A stretch of DNA of 64,000 bases from Leucoraja erinacea (taxonomy: Eukaryota). Both the position numbers and the translations under genes were made by a program. Location of the stretch: NCBI RefSeq assembly GCF_028641065.1, contig NC_073396.1:10664001-10728000 (forward strand), in the 5' to 3' direction. Below the pieces are notes generated by a model. It saw nothing but the letters and a program-made list of their open reading frames with translations, had not been told where the DNA came from and made no database searches. Shown in pieces: positions 62,934 to 64,000 of this stretch (position 1 is its first letter; each line of letters starts with the position of its first letter).

Positions 62934-63363
62934 CTCTGCAAGTGTTCCTGTTAAAAAGATTCTCCAACAATGACAATTAGGTGGGACGTCCTCGATGGAC
63001 ACATGTTCCATTGGCGATATTGAGAACACCTTTTTTACTCACCTTCTGTCCCCTCTGTCCAGCTTCCGGGTTCACCGTTCGCAGGAGAGTTATTACGGAT
63101 ATCGCATGGATATCGCACTGGCCACTACGTTCATATAATGTTGCAATGCTCAACCACAAGTGTACAAGTCACTCTTGGAGAAATTCAAGCTTGCTTGAAT
63201 TTTCTCCCGAGTCACCAAGTTACACGATTACCTGCCATTAGCGCCACGGTGGTCCACGGTGGTCCACGAATGCCGTACTGTTATCGCACGAGGTTCCCAC
63301 GATGTTAAACTCTAGTTAACTCTTGCGTCAAGTCGCCCCGTGAGAAAGGCCTATTACTGTAAC

Positions 63364-63710
63364 GGCAGGAAAAATGTTCCCCGATGTTGGGGGCGTTCAG
63401 AACCATGTGTCACAGTTTAAGAATAAAGGGGGGGGGAGCAGTTAGGACTGAGATGAGGACAAACTTTCTTCACGTAGAAAGTTGTGAATCTGTGGAATTC
63501 TCTGCCACAGAAGGCAGTGCAGGCCAATTCACTGGATGTTTTCAAGAGAGAGTTACATTTAGTTCTTGGGGCTAACGACATCAAGGGATATGGGGAAAAA
63601 ACAGGAAAGAGGTACTGATTTTAGATGAATAGCCATGATCATATTGAATGATAGTGCTGGCTCGAAGGGCCGAATGGCCTATTCCTGCACCTATTTTCTA
63701 TGTTTCTATG
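63364..63710 (+). mobile_element. CR1 3' fragment
   Basis: Similar to ~34230-34567, ending in ttttctatgtttctatg. Confidence 0.88.
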
Positions 63711-63779
63711 CTTGAGTATATGGCAATAAAACTCGATCACTTGATTTTGAAGCATTCATGCATGGTGGAGGTATAATGT

Positions 63780-64000
63780 AGTCATAGAGTGATACAGTGT
63801 GAAAACAGGCCCTTCGGTGCAACTTGCCCACACCCGCCAACATGTCCCAGCTACGCTACCTGCTTTTGGTCCATACCTCCAAACCTGTCCTATCCATGTA
63901 TCAGTCTAACTTTTTCTTAAATGTTGGGATGGTCCCTGCCTCAACTACCTCCTCTGGCAGCTTGTTCCATACACCCATCACCCTTTGTGTTGATAACGTT
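63780..64000 (-). mobile_element. CR1 3' fragment (second family)
   Basis: Reverse complement of ~50755-50970 (aacaggcccttcgg..aacttgcccacac..acctgtcctatccatgta..). Confidence 0.85.

Larger units (their letters stand above)
58496..63352 (+). mobile_element. PIF/Harbinger DNA transposon (two-gene), left TIR not found
   Basis: Transposase plus a convergent MADF/Myb gene. The right end ...gtcgccccgtgagaaaggcct is followed by atta; subterminal palindromes at 63178-63206 and ccacggtggt repeats at 63244-63268. Confidence 0.85.

Overview
Vertebrate genomic DNA, most likely a cartilaginous fish (skate/ray). That assignment is inferred from the CR1-dominated, HE1/V-SINE- and Penelope-rich repeat content. 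There are two host genes in divergent orientation. ENPP7 (alkaline sphingomyelinase) is on the minus strand with 5 coding exons (~9035-15302). GID4 (Pro/N-degron receptor of the GID/CTLH E3 ligase) is on the plus strand with 6 coding exons (22764-51942, 206 aa) and a CpG-island promoter carrying ZNF143/CCAAT/YY1-type motifs. The rest is a diverse set of mobile elements: a DIRS tyrosine-recombinase retrotransposon with intact ITR/ICR ends but decayed ORFs; a Passport-like Tc1 element; a near full-length CR1 LINE with an esterase ORF1; L1, Rex1/Babar and Penelope fragments; a Helitron 3' end; several MITEs; and a PIF/Harbinger element with an intact transposase and a convergent, spliced, disabled MADF/Myb partner gene. 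The signals most worth following up are a dispersed family of short Penelope-type palindromic repeats carrying minimal hammerhead ribozyme cores with helix-II covariation, a 38-bp palindromic mini-transposon with an 8-bp TSD just upstream of the Harbinger transposase, and the Met-Pro start of GID4 itself. All calls come from reading the sequence and recalled family knowledge; no searches were run.
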